In this document: piece by piece, positions 44,796-54,695 of the stretch | Position numbering within the stretch: the first letter of the stretch is position 1 | How the letters are laid out: each line of letters opens with the position of its first letter | From: Blastocladiella emersonii ATCC 22665 | Taxonomy: Eukaryota; Fungi; Blastocladiomycota | Direction: 5' to 3' | DNA: 64,000 nucleotides | NCBI GenBank assembly: GCA_025594325.1 | Contig: JANHCV010000010.1 | Span: forward strand, 186,001 to 250,000 | The notes under the pieces: generated by a model | Databases searched by the model: none | What the model saw: the letters and a program-made list of their open reading frames with translations, nothing else | What the model was told of the DNA's origin: nothing | Made by a program: the position numbers and the translations under genes

Positions 44796-47054
44796 ATGCA
44801 ATCACTCCCGGCACTCGTCGCGCGCGTCCACGCCGCGTCGGGCACCCGCGAGATCGCGCGGGTCGTCCAGCAGGCCGCGTCGGCCGGATGGTTCAGCCCC
44901 GACGTCGCCGACGCGGCCCTCACTCGTCTCCTTCAGCCGGCGCAGGCTGCTACTGCACCGTCGTCCGATTCTGTCGCAGACACGCCAGCTGCGGCACAAC
45001 CACCGCCTGAACCAGCCGTCGACGACGAGTCGGAGCGCCTCGACGCGGTCCAGTCGATCCTCGACACCATGTTCGCGAAGCCCGGACTCGTGTACACGCC
45101 GACGGCGTGGCGCGCTGCGACTCGCCTCGCACAGCGCCGCCAGCCGCCGTCCGCCGTTCTCGACGTGCACGCCGCCTACACGCGCCACCGCGACCTCGTC
45201 CCCACCCAGAACATGACCACCGTGCACGTTGCCGCGCTGCACGCCGTCGCCGCCGCCCAGCGGCCCGTCTCAGCCGTGACCCGCACCCTTGAGCTGGCCC
45301 TCGGCGCGTCCGCCTCGCCGGGCTACCGCGCGGCCGTCCACGGCGCCGCCATCGCCGCCCTCGTCAAGCTCAAGGACGTGGACGGCGCGTGGACCGCGTT
45401 CCAGCGCGCCGCCGCCGCCGAGGGTCTCGTCCTACACCGCGGCGCGCTCGCCGCGCTCCTCCAGGCCGTCGTGCAGCGCCACCAGCGCGCGCGCTTCGAC
45501 TCACTCGCGGCCCACATTGCCGAGCATTTCGTGGGAGTGAAGCCGGACGTGCCGCTCGCCAACCAGTTCGTCCGCGGCCACGCGCGTTTCGACGGGCTCG
45601 ACGCCGCCGTGCGCTTCGTCACCGTCACGTTCCCCGCGTGGGACCTGCACCCCGACGGCGCGACGTACGCGTTCCTCGTGCAGGCCGCGCTCGACGCGGG
45701 CGACCCCGACCGCGCGCGCCAGATGCTCGCGGATCTGCGCGAGCGCAACCTACCCGTCGGGTGGCAGGCGTACCGCCCGCTCCTCGCGGCAGCTGCAAGA
45801 CGCGGCGATCTCGACGGCGTCAACCGCATCGTCGAGCAGCTGCGCGCGGGGGATGCCGGGGACGTGCAGCGCGACCTGCCGCGGATCGCCGATGTCATCG
45901 TCGCCGAGCTCGTGGGCGCGGGCCACGTCGCGGCGGCCGACCTGTTCCTCGGCGCGCTGCCCGACGACGCGCGGTCCGTGGGCGTGTACAATGCCTACAT
46001 CCGCGGCCTCGTCAGCTCGCGCGTTTCGGGGTCTGTGGACGCCGAGGCCGACGACCGCATGGCCCGCGCACTCCGCGTCTTTGAGCGCGTGATGCCCGCC
46101 GCGGGGATCGCGCCCGACGCGGTCACCTTCAACACGCTCGTGTCCGCGTTCGCGCAGCGCCGCGAGTACGCGCGCGCCATCGCGCTGCTCAAGGCGGCGC
46201 CCACCGTCACCGCCGCGAGCTTCAACCCGCTCCTGCTCGCCGCCGCGCGCGACCGTGACCCCGTCGTGTTCGGTCTCGTCGAGCGCGAGATGGCCGCACG
46301 CAGCGTCCCGCTCGACGCCATCGGGCTCGACGCCAAGCTCGAGTGCCTCGCGCGCGCCGGCGAGCTCGCCACGGCGCTCGCGGTCCTCGAGTCGCAGCCC
46401 GCTGGGTACCGCCCGTCGCTCAAGGCGCACATGGTCATCTTCGAGTCGCTCGTCGACCTCGCGCGCCCGCGGTCCGCGCCCGCTGCGGCCGACGGCACGC
46501 CCAAGTCCAAGCGCACCGCCAAAGCAGCGCGGACAGACCCGGCGCTGGTCCCCGTCATCGACGAGCTGGCCGCGCGCCTCGAAGTCGAGCCCGACCACTC
46601 GCGCGCGTCGCTCGCCGCGTTCCTCGACGCGCTGCTCCGCCTCGGCCGCGCGCGCGACGTCGTCCGCGTCTACCTCGCGCACGCCGACCGCGTGCCCGTC
46701 AACTCGGCGATCGCGAACACGGTGCTCCGCGCGGCGCGCGCGTCGCGGTCCCCGGCCACCGCGCAGTCGCTCGTCGCGCAGTGGACGGACCGTGACCGGT
46801 TCGCGCTCCAGCCGCAGCACTACGCGCAGTACCTCGAGACGCTCGCGGCGGCCGGGTGGGTTGATCAGGCCGTCGCGGTGCTTGACGCGATGCCGAACCC
46901 GCCCGAGCCGACGCATTTGAGGTCAGTCGTCGCGCCGTTCCGCGCCGCGGGCAGGTACGATGCGGCGGACCGGCTCGCGGCGCATCTCGTGCAGCGGTTC
47001 CCGAGTATGGCAGCGGGTGAAGATGAGGGGTTCGCGCGGCGGCCGCGGAGGTGA
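44796..47054 (+). CDS. Pentatricopeptide-repeat (PPR) protein, probably mitochondrial
   Basis: PPR-type units PDGATYAFLVQAALDAGDPDRARQML, VGVYNAYIRGLV and PDAVTFNTLVSAFAQRREYARAIALL; start taken at ATG 44796. Confidence 0.85.
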   Translation: MQSLPALVARVHAASGTREIARVVQQAASAGWFSPDVADAALTRLLQPAQAATAPSSDSVADTPAAAQPPPEPAVDDESERLDAVQSILDTMFAKPGLVYTPTAWRAATRLAQRRQPPSAVLDVHAAYTRHRDLVPTQNMTTVHVAALHAVAAAQRPVSAVTRTLELALGASASPGYRAAVHGAAIAALVKLKDVDGAWTAFQRAAAAEGLVLHRGALAALLQAVVQRHQRARFDSLAAHIAEHFVGVKPDVPLANQFVRGHARFDGLDAAVRFVTVTFPAWDLHPDGATYAFLVQAALDAGDPDRARQMLADLRERNLPVGWQAYRPLLAAAARRGDLDGVNRIVEQLRAGDAGDVQRDLPRIADVIVAELVGAGHVAAADLFLGALPDDARSVGVYNAYIRGLVSSRVSGSVDAEADDRMARALRVFERVMPAAGIAPDAVTFNTLVSAFAQRREYARAIALLKAAPTVTAASFNPLLLAAARDRDPVVFGLVEREMAARSVPLDAIGLDAKLECLARAGELATALAVLESQPAGYRPSLKAHMVIFESLVDLARPRSAPAAADGTPKSKRTAKAARTDPALVPVIDELAARLEVEPDHSRASLAAFLDALLRLGRARDVVRVYLAHADRVPVNSAIANTVLRAARASRSPATAQSLVAQWTDRDRFALQPQHYAQYLETLAAAGWVDQAVAVLDAMPNPPEPTHLRSVVAPFRAAGRYDAADRLAAHLVQRFPSMAAGEDEGFARRPRR

Positions 47055-47135
47055 TGGAATAGAATGATCCGTGTGTGTATTCATTACGCTTGTGGGTGAG
47101 CGGGATGTAGTTGCTGTTGAGCGGGGGTCGCTTGC

Positions 47136-48212
47136 TTAGACAGACGGCTCGTCTTCGACCTGGTCTTGATTGGGCTCCGCAAGCTCGTCGTGAGCGGGTG
47201 AGGGAAATTCTTGCCGCTCGCCAGCAGTTTCGTCTTGAGCGAGCATCACGGATTCGGCTTGAGCAATTGCAGCAGGAGGACGATACGGCCACATGCCATC
47301 GCCGCCATTGTAGTAGAAGCACGAGTCGCAACCGATCCGGCGAATGCGAGGCGAGCACGCGGGACAGAGAACAACATTAAACGACTGGGGGGAAGCATGA
47401 CCCTCGCGCTGGCAAACTTGCTCGAGCGGGGTGACTTCAGTCGTGAGCTTGCGGCAAGTCCAGCACGTTTGCGGCCTCAGTTTCGTGGGATTGTCGCCGC
47501 TTGACGGGTCGTTCTGCTGCGTGGCTGGCAGGCAATTCGCACACTTCCAGCTGGGTGGGCTACCAAGCACCGCTCTCCGCGTGCAACCCGAGCAAGCGGT
47601 TACGTGCGGCCGTTGATACTGAAGCCCGCCGCTCCATGGGATACCTGCTCCAATATTGAATTCTGGTGCCCGGTGAATGATCTTGAGCGGCGCGCGGGGC
47701 TGCAAAGCAAGTGTGTCACTCGATTCCCGCAAGAGGCACAACATGATTATGGAGGCAGTCACGGAACCCTCGAGAAGTGATAGATCGAGCGTGATTTGCG
47801 ACAACATGACCGCTTTGCAAAGACATTCCGATTGGGAGCACAAGCTCGCTACTGATACCTAACACGTCAGCGGGCCACAAACTGAAGGCTGCTCGCGGGA
47901 TCGCAGTCAGGTGGACCGGCGGGCACTGAGATTAACATAATTTCGCAACCGTGATCATGCACGCAAATAGGTGTAGCTTAGAGGCCCACCCGGCGGTTTA
48001 GCATGGTGAACGGTTCCATGAAGCGGCGTAATGACAAGGTGGACCTGCGGCGTATACACAGCCAGGTCCATGAGCCGTAGCGGGCGTGAGACACACTGAG
48101 CGGGGATCGCAGAAAGCGGCTGCGACAATGTCGCCTCGTCCGTTAGGCTGAGATCCTCGACAGGAACGTGTTGCAGGAAGTCGTTTTCATTTGCTGACAT
48201 CGTTGAGTCCAT
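47136..48212 (-). pseudogene. F-box-like/Cys-rich gene copy 1, pseudogene (F-box deleted, stops and frameshifts)
   Basis: MDSTMSANENDFL...RPLRLMDL/AVYTPQVHLVI, then stops; Cys-rich C-terminus ...CWTCRKLT...CPAC..RIGCDSCFYYNGGDGMWPY...DEPSV matches copy 2. Confidence 0.8.
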
Positions 48213-48412
48213 GAGTTTCGCGTGCACGGCGTGGGAGCGCAACCGCGATCGCTGCGTCGGCTCGAGCGATTTCCGCGCAGGCCACACGTGGTGGCGCAAC
48301 GCGGTTCCTCCCCCGCCGCTAGCAGCACCACTGGGCAACGTGGCATGTCGCTCCGGCGCGTGAACGAGACTCGCGAGTCTCGCAGAGCAATTTGAAGATA
48401 TATTGGACTTGC

Positions 48413-48468
48413 GCGGGAACTTACGAGGGAACTTGAGCGGGAACTTACTCGGGAACTTGAGCGGGAAC
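48413..48468. repeat. 12-bp minisatellite (gcgggaacttga-like, about 4.7 copies) spanning the LRR4 stop codon
   Basis: gcgggaacttac gagggaacttga gcgggaacttac tcgggaacttga gcgggaac; the minus strand reads VPAQ VPE* VPAQ VPS* VPAQ. Confidence 0.9.
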
Positions 48469-50361
48469 GGGGTGAAAAATCCCGGGCTCCTGCTTCGAAT
48501 ACTTTTCAAACAACGCCGTCAACTCCTGGTTGAGTCCGCGCCTCGAGTACGAGATCCGCAGTTTGCCCATTCGCTTGAGGCCGAGCGCGAAGAGGAGCAT
48601 GTACCCGACTTCGGTGAACGGGTTGTCCACGACCGAGAGCCGCTGAACTGAAGCCGGAAGTTCGGCAGCAAGCACCGTCGCAGCAAAGTCCGGGAGCCCG
48701 TTACAAGACAGGTTGATGTCCTCGAGTTCCGGCGGAGCACGCTCGATCAACGTCATGACGCAGTCCACATCGACCCTGCACGCCGCAAGATGGATCGTGC
48801 GGAGGCGCGGGCCGAGAGAACGCGGGAGGAGCAGTCGGGCGTTCCAGCTCGAGCCGAATTTGAAGCAGTCGAGGTAGACCTTCTCGAGGGCAGGGAAGAT
48901 GGGCCCAGCCGAAACCGCGTTTCCTTCGCCCCAGGAGTCATCGTCCAAGTCTGGTACACCAAATTGATCACGGTCAGGTCCCGACATGACATCCTCGAAC
49001 CCAATCGCCTTGAGAGAGGGCCGCGGACGGCTCGCGAGAGCGGCCAGGGTGCGTGCGTCCACGTTCAAGTTCTCAAAGTCGAGCGACTCCAGAGTATCAG
49101 GAAGCTTGTCGAAGATGGCGCAAAGCGCGGCGTGGTCGATATCGTAGTTGTTGCCAATGTGCAACATCTTCAAGCGCGGGGGAAGCCGCTTGGCGAGCGC
49201 GAAGGCCCCGGTTGACCCGATCAAGTTGCAGCGCAAGTTCAGCGCTTCGAGTCCAGGAGGTAGGGCGCGCGATAGGGCGTCGACGGCTGCATCGTCAAGC
49301 GTGCAGCGGTCCAGGAAAAGCGAGCGTAGGCCAGCAGGGAGATGTTGGGAAAGGACGGTCGCGTCGGATGCATCAAGCGTGCACTCGATTAAATGCAGCT
49401 GTTGAAGGGCAGCGGGAAGTCCGTTTGCGAGATGCTCGATGGCTGCAAAATCAACCGCGCATTCGAAGAACTCGAGCTCCGTCAGCGAGGGCGGGAGGGA
49501 GCGTAGGTTGACAGCAAAGTGGGGCAGCGTCAGGTCCTCGTCCTCGATTTCCAGCGAAGTTAGATTGTTGGGCCATTTGAACGTGCCGTTCGGAGCGCAT
49601 CGATGCGCAATGCGATTACCGTACAGACCCAGGAATGTGAGCGACGGCGGGAACTTGATAGCTTGCAGTCGAACAAAGTCCAAGTCGGTAACGTTCAAGG
49701 CGAGTGAGGTGACCGGATGGTCCGGAATCGACAGGGCACGGTTGAGTGCGCGAATACCGTCCATGGAAATACGAGAACTGAAGAAAGCGAGCTCGGAGGC
49801 CCCAGTCTCGACCAAGTCGTAGGCATTTGTGCAGACGAGGTCTCCAGCTGCGACCTTGGCACCCGCGAGGACACTGGTCTGGGCAAACTGGCGACACAAG
49901 CGGGCCAGGTCAAGATCGCCGGCCTGTTCCGCCTCGTTCGCGGTTGCATTCCAGTCATTGGAATAATGATCGGGAACGCCCATGAGAACGGCAGCCCAGT
50001 GCGGGAGGCGGCGATACGTGAGTGGAAGCCCCGAGTCGCGCCAGAATTCGAGCACGCCGTAGTGCCGGTGCTCCACTGCAAGGTCGATTGCGGCTCCGGT
50101 GTGTTCCATGGAGAGCCCAAATGCGACACGGAAGCGCAGAAGGTCGGTGCGGCCAGTCGCACTCGCATCGTCCACGGAAACGGTCAAGACATGTTGTCGA
50201 ACAGCCCGGTATGTACCAGGAATGAGAGCACGTGGAGCCACCCGCAAATAAAGTGCGATCGCGGCGAGAGAGACGCTCGGATCATTGCGGACATGAAGGC
50301 GCACGGCGTTGGCGAGGATTTGGTCCACGAGCTCGGGGACCGAGAGCGAGAGACGGTGCAT
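48445..50361 (-). CDS. Ankyrin-like/RNI-type LRR protein (LRR4)
   Basis: Intact ORF: LSVPELVDQIL...YLRVAPRALIP...IDLAVEHRHYGVLEFWRDSGL, then LRRs (LPPGLEALNLRCNLIG, LPASVQRLSVVDN). Confidence 0.88.
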   Translation of the reverse strand: MHRLSLSVPELVDQILANAVRLHVRNDPSVSLAAIALYLRVAPRALIPGTYRAVRQHVLTVSVDDASATGRTDLLRFRVAFGLSMEHTGAAIDLAVEHRHYGVLEFWRDSGLPLTYRRLPHWAAVLMGVPDHYSNDWNATANEAEQAGDLDLARLCRQFAQTSVLAGAKVAAGDLVCTNAYDLVETGASELAFFSSRISMDGIRALNRALSIPDHPVTSLALNVTDLDFVRLQAIKFPPSLTFLGLYGNRIAHRCAPNGTFKWPNNLTSLEIEDEDLTLPHFAVNLRSLPPSLTELEFFECAVDFAAIEHLANGLPAALQQLHLIECTLDASDATVLSQHLPAGLRSLFLDRCTLDDAAVDALSRALPPGLEALNLRCNLIGSTGAFALAKRLPPRLKMLHIGNNYDIDHAALCAIFDKLPDTLESLDFENLNVDARTLAALASRPRPSLKAIGFEDVMSGPDRDQFGVPDLDDDSWGEGNAVSAGPIFPALEKVYLDCFKFGSSWNARLLLPRSLGPRLRTIHLAACRVDVDCVMTLIERAPPELEDINLSCNGLPDFAATVLAAELPASVQRLSVVDNPFTEVGYMLLFALGLKRMGKLRISYSRRGLNQELTALFEKYSKQEPGIFHPVPAQVPE

Positions 50362-50765
50362 TGAGTTTGATCTAACGTGTTGCATCAAGTCCTACGGTCG
50401 TTTATTCATTGGCTGGCATTACGATGGCGAGAGTCGGGAGTGGCAGTCGGCGAGCGAAACGACCGAACGACCGTGGGACAGCTGCGCCACACACGCGGGC
50501 GTCACATGATATTGAAACGCGTCCATCGTCGAGAACGACGACGAGGGAACGGCAGAAGCCCGCGTTGCAGGCATCGAGAGAAGTCCTTGGCTCTTCCTGG
50601 GAGATGCGGAATGCCGCGGCCTTCAAGAGGCCAGCCCGCACGCCGTGCTTCTCGATGTTGCGTAACTGGTGCTGCTACATGATGGCCCACCGAAAATTAC
50701 ACGATTTCCCGTCACATCAAAACTATTATTGTCGCGGTTGTTAAGTTGCACTGTCCTGAAGTGGA

Positions 50766-50880
50766 CAACGGTTCCCGAGTATGGCGGCGATTGAGGTCGA
50801 GGAGTTCGCGCGGCGGCTGCGGAGGCGGCGAAATAGAATGATTCGTGTATATTAATCGCAATTGTGGGTAATCGAGAGGT
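50766..50880 (+). other. Duplicated 3' end of the PPR gene and its downstream flank
   Basis: cggttcccgagtatggc...gttcgcgcggcggc.gcggagg...aatagaatgat.cgtgt matches 46995-47080. Confidence 0.85.
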
Positions 50881-50883
50881 TGC

Positions 50884-53800
50884 TTAGACGGACGGCTCGT
50901 CGTTGAGTTGGTCTGGAGTGAGCTCCACAGGCTCGGTCTGTGAATCGGCGGGAGAATGGTGCTGATCGCCATCAGCGTCGTCCAGGGCGGGCTCCACGGA
51001 TTCAGCTTGGTTGTCAGCAAGAGGACAGTACGGCCACATGCCATCGCCGCCGTTGTAGTAGAAGCACCATTCGCAGCCGATCCGGCGAATGCGGGGCGCA
51101 CAGGCCAAGCAGAGGAAACCTTGGAACGACTTGGGCGAGACATGACCCTTGCGCTTGCACACTTCTTCGATGGGAGCGATGTCAGAGGTAAGCTTGCGGC
51201 AGGTCCAACACATCTGCAGGGACTGTCTCTCGTCCTCGTCGCCGCATTCTTCATCATCTCGCTGCGTAGCTGGCAAGCAACTTGAACAAAGCCATCCAGG
51301 ATTACTGCCGAGTACTGCCTTTTCCGCACAGCCAGAGCAGGACGTTACGAAGTGTTCTTGGTCCTGGTATCTGTCATACCAAGGGAGTCCCGGACCATAT
51401 GTGAACTCGCTGGCTCGATGCACAATACGCATATTCTTTCGAATCAGGGTGATATGGGAATCACTGTGACCGAGCAAAAACGTGATGATTGTTAAGGCGA
51501 CTGTTGTCCCTTCAAGCAGTGATACGTCAAGTACAAGCTGCGCCGATGTCGCCCTGCTAATGACCGTGCAAATGAGAGTTTGAAGCAGGTGAACCACTTC
51601 ATTGTCAAGGGCATGCGGCTGACTCTGGGCGGGCCGCGACAAAAGGGTGAGGTGCATGATTGGCTGTGGTGTCCCGCACACCAATGTAAGGACCCGCATG
51701 CATTTTAAAAGATAAAATAAGCTAGCTGGACAAAGCACTTTGAAGGGACTCTTGCTGTTGTATGGACCATAGGGAGGCGAAATGACGAGGTGAATACGTG
51801 GAAAATAGATGGCCGCCTCAGTCAGCGCCATGCGAGCGAGCGCCTTATTGGCTAGCGTCAAGTCCATGAATGTGTGCGTTCCGCCGCATTCAAGTGCTGC
51901 GTGTAGAATCTCCGCGATAACGTCTTGCGGGAGGTCCAACAGCCTCAGTCGAGGTCGATACTCAGCGAGCCATCACGATTTTTTTTGGTCGTTTTGAAGG
52001 CGATTAAGGCACCGCAGGCAAGCGGTGCTTTCAAAAGCCATGTCCAGCCGTTGAAGGCACCCACCAGCTTTCAAAAGCACTCCCCCGCCTTCAAAAGCAC
52101 TCCCCCGCCTTTGAAGGCTGCGCACACTTTTAAAGGCTATAAACGCTGTTATCGCCTTCAAAACGCCCAGGAAAAAATTCAATATAGGTTCGCCAGCTCA
52201 CGCTCCAGCTTCGCTTAGGGTCCACGAGAAAGATATAGGGAGGAACAAAATGTATTGATCATCAGGCACATCGAGGGCGGGAGATGGTAGGAGGGCGACG
52301 ACCGCGTCATGTCGCGGCCGATTCGAGAGGGCCGAAGTACACCGTGCTTGGCCGCCATCGACCAGCGAGCCGGCGCGTGCACGCGGCCGTGACCATGGGA
52401 ATTCTTGGAGATCAGCTTGGGCATACAGTTGCAGCGCTTGGGAGATGCACGCTTGGGTACAGCATCATCAGCGCTACGAGGAAGATGCAAGTGAGTGACT
52501 GTCGTGGATGAGCAAAAGCCGCGGGGGGCGTACCGTGACCATGGCCGTGGCCTGCTAGAAAACGTGTGTCTTGTCGCGGTTGACCTTGCGCGCGCGAGCG
52601 AGTTCACGCGGAAGCCGACTACACGGTGCAGGCGGGGCGCGACGAGTCAGAGACAAGCCGCGTGGGAGACCTGGTGAGAGGTGTGCAGACAGTTGCCGCG
52701 AGAGAGATCCGGGACACGGTGGTCGGGCCGGGACTCGGCGGCGGGTGGCGGCGGCGAGGAGGACCGGACGGCGGCCGCGTGCGAGCCCGACTAGTCGATT
52801 CGAAGGAGGCCAGCGGGTGGGCGCGATGACGGTGGCCGGGCTTGGTGAGCGAGGTTCGTGCGGGCACTACACAGCGAGACGAGACGAGACGAGACGGGTC
52901 AGGATCGGCGCTCGTTGGGACGGGGCGACGAGCGAGTTGGCGACGGCGAGGGCGGCATCAACCAGCGTCAGCGGAGCACCAAGTAGGTGCGCAGACAGCG
53001 TAGTCGAGGGAGATCGAGCCGTGACGAGTGGAACAGGTAGCGCGGAGCGAGAGTGACGCGGCGAAGGGGAGCGGCGGCGGCCGTGAGGATTCGGGGAGCG
53101 ACGGTTTGGCGTAGGGGGCGAGGGTACTGCGGCGGCTGGAAGGTTGCGAGCATGATGGCGGAAGGGGGCAAGCGGAGGAGCGAGCGTGGGGCGAGCGAGA
53201 GGCGGCGGACCAGAGGCACGCTCACGACGCGCGACCACGCAGCACGGACCGCGCGACGGCGTTGATGTGGGCGGGCATCGTGTCGGTGCGTGTGGTTGTG
53301 GTGAGGAGGTGGCGGCGGGCGGGGGAGAGAGCGGGGGCGGGCGGCGGCGCTCGCCCTTTGTTTGGCGGGCGGGTGGCTTGCCCGCCGCCGGGCCGCGGTG
53401 ATCGCCGAAGGGCGGAGGCCACAAAACGTGACGCGCCTGTCACTTCAAGCACGCCCGCTCCCTGTGTTTTTCGGGACTTTGCGTCGGCGCGAGTGCGCGC
53501 CCGCACTGCTGCTGCAAGCCCGGCCCGGCCGCTCCTCTCTGTGTCGGTCCGCTCGAGCTCACCTCGCCCTGCGCTACCCGCCGCCTCCGCTCCATCCTGT
53601 TCCATCCGTGCGCCCAGCGCTGCTCCCAGCTGCCCACCGTCGCCGCGGCGAGCGAGCGCGGGTCGCGAAAAGCCGCGCCCCGACTGCGCGCCGTCTCGGC
53701 CAGCGCTGCGCCGCTCGTAGATCGTGCAAGCCGCCGGGCTCACATGCTGAGCGCGAGCAGCTCGGGGCAGCGAGCGTCGATCGTGAGCGATCAAACGCCG

Positions 53801-54481
53801 TTCAGGGCGAGGTCGGCGGCGCCCGCCAGGGCCATGGCGACGTTGCATGCGGTGCCGCCGCGAACAGCGTGCTCAAGGCCGTGCCGCACGCCGCACGGGG
53901 CGCCCGCGTTGGCCAGGGCGGCGGTCTCGCGCGGGGCTGCGCGCCGGGCTGCGCGGCAGAGCGGGTCGCGAAGGACTGCTCGCGCGCGGGTAGGACGCAG
54001 GGCAGGGCCAGTGTTGGCGCCTGGCTCGACGCCGCCGCCGTCCTGCTCAGTGCGACACGATGAGGCGAGGCGTGACGGGTCGGAGCCTCTCGGGAGCGCG
54101 CTCAGTCAAAGCTTCAAGTTGTTGCAGTGGTTACATGACGATAAATTCGCGTTAGGGCGCTGTGTGTGATGCGGAGGGATCGGGGAGCGGGGGTTCGAGG
54201 GGCAGGGTGGTGGGGAGGTGGTCTGCAGCCGGCGGCCCTTGGCTGCGAAGCGGCGGGGAAGCTCTCAAAGGAGCGCGGCGGCCTGCAAAGCGGCGGGGGT
54301 GCCTGCAAAGCTGTGGGGAGCTGCCTGCAAAACGGGGTGAGCGCCCGCAAGCCTGAAACGAATTTCGTGATGGCACCGCGGCCTCATGCGGCAGCGGTGC
54401 TGCCTCGTTGGTTGAGCAGGGCTCGCCGATTGAAGGTTGATGCAAAAAGTCGCTGTTGTTCGTTTCCATGGTTGACTTCAT
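50884..54481 (-). pseudogene. F-box-like/Cys-rich gene copy 2, split by a TIR element (reconstructed ORF 397 aa)
   Basis: 54481-54373 (109 nt) plus 51968-50884 (1085 nt) = 1194 nt, an open frame: MKSTMETNNSDFL...AAVLAEYRPRLRLLDLPQDVIAEILHAAL..., with five CxxC motifs near the C-terminus. Confidence 0.8.
51971..54372. mobile_element. Non-autonomous TIR DNA transposon, 2402 bp, 2-bp GC target duplication, subterminal repeats
   Basis: Ends CATCACGA (51971) and TCGTGATG (54372) flanked by GC at 51969-70 and 54373-74. Repeated ttt(g)(a/c)aggc..cccccgcc units lie at both ends in inverted orientation. Removing it restores the host ORF. No transposase recognised. Confidence 0.8.
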
Positions 54482-54695
54482 GAGATATCCGCGTGCGTGG
54501 TGAGAGTTGCAAGTCAGTCAGCGACAGCAGTCGAGCTGTCCATCGCCAAGTGGCGCCCACTCACTAAAATGACATCACATTGTGGCGCAACGCGCCGCCC
54601 ATCCCCACCCGCAGCTGCATCAACTTCGCGCTAACTTCGCGTTTACCACCCCTCGCCGTCCATGAGCGTAAAGGCAATGAAAACTTGACGCAATC

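Noticed and set aside
52200-54150. Transposase or KDZ/CxC remnant inside the TIR element
   Set aside because: Short Cys/His-containing frames exist but no DDE or CxC motif could be supported.
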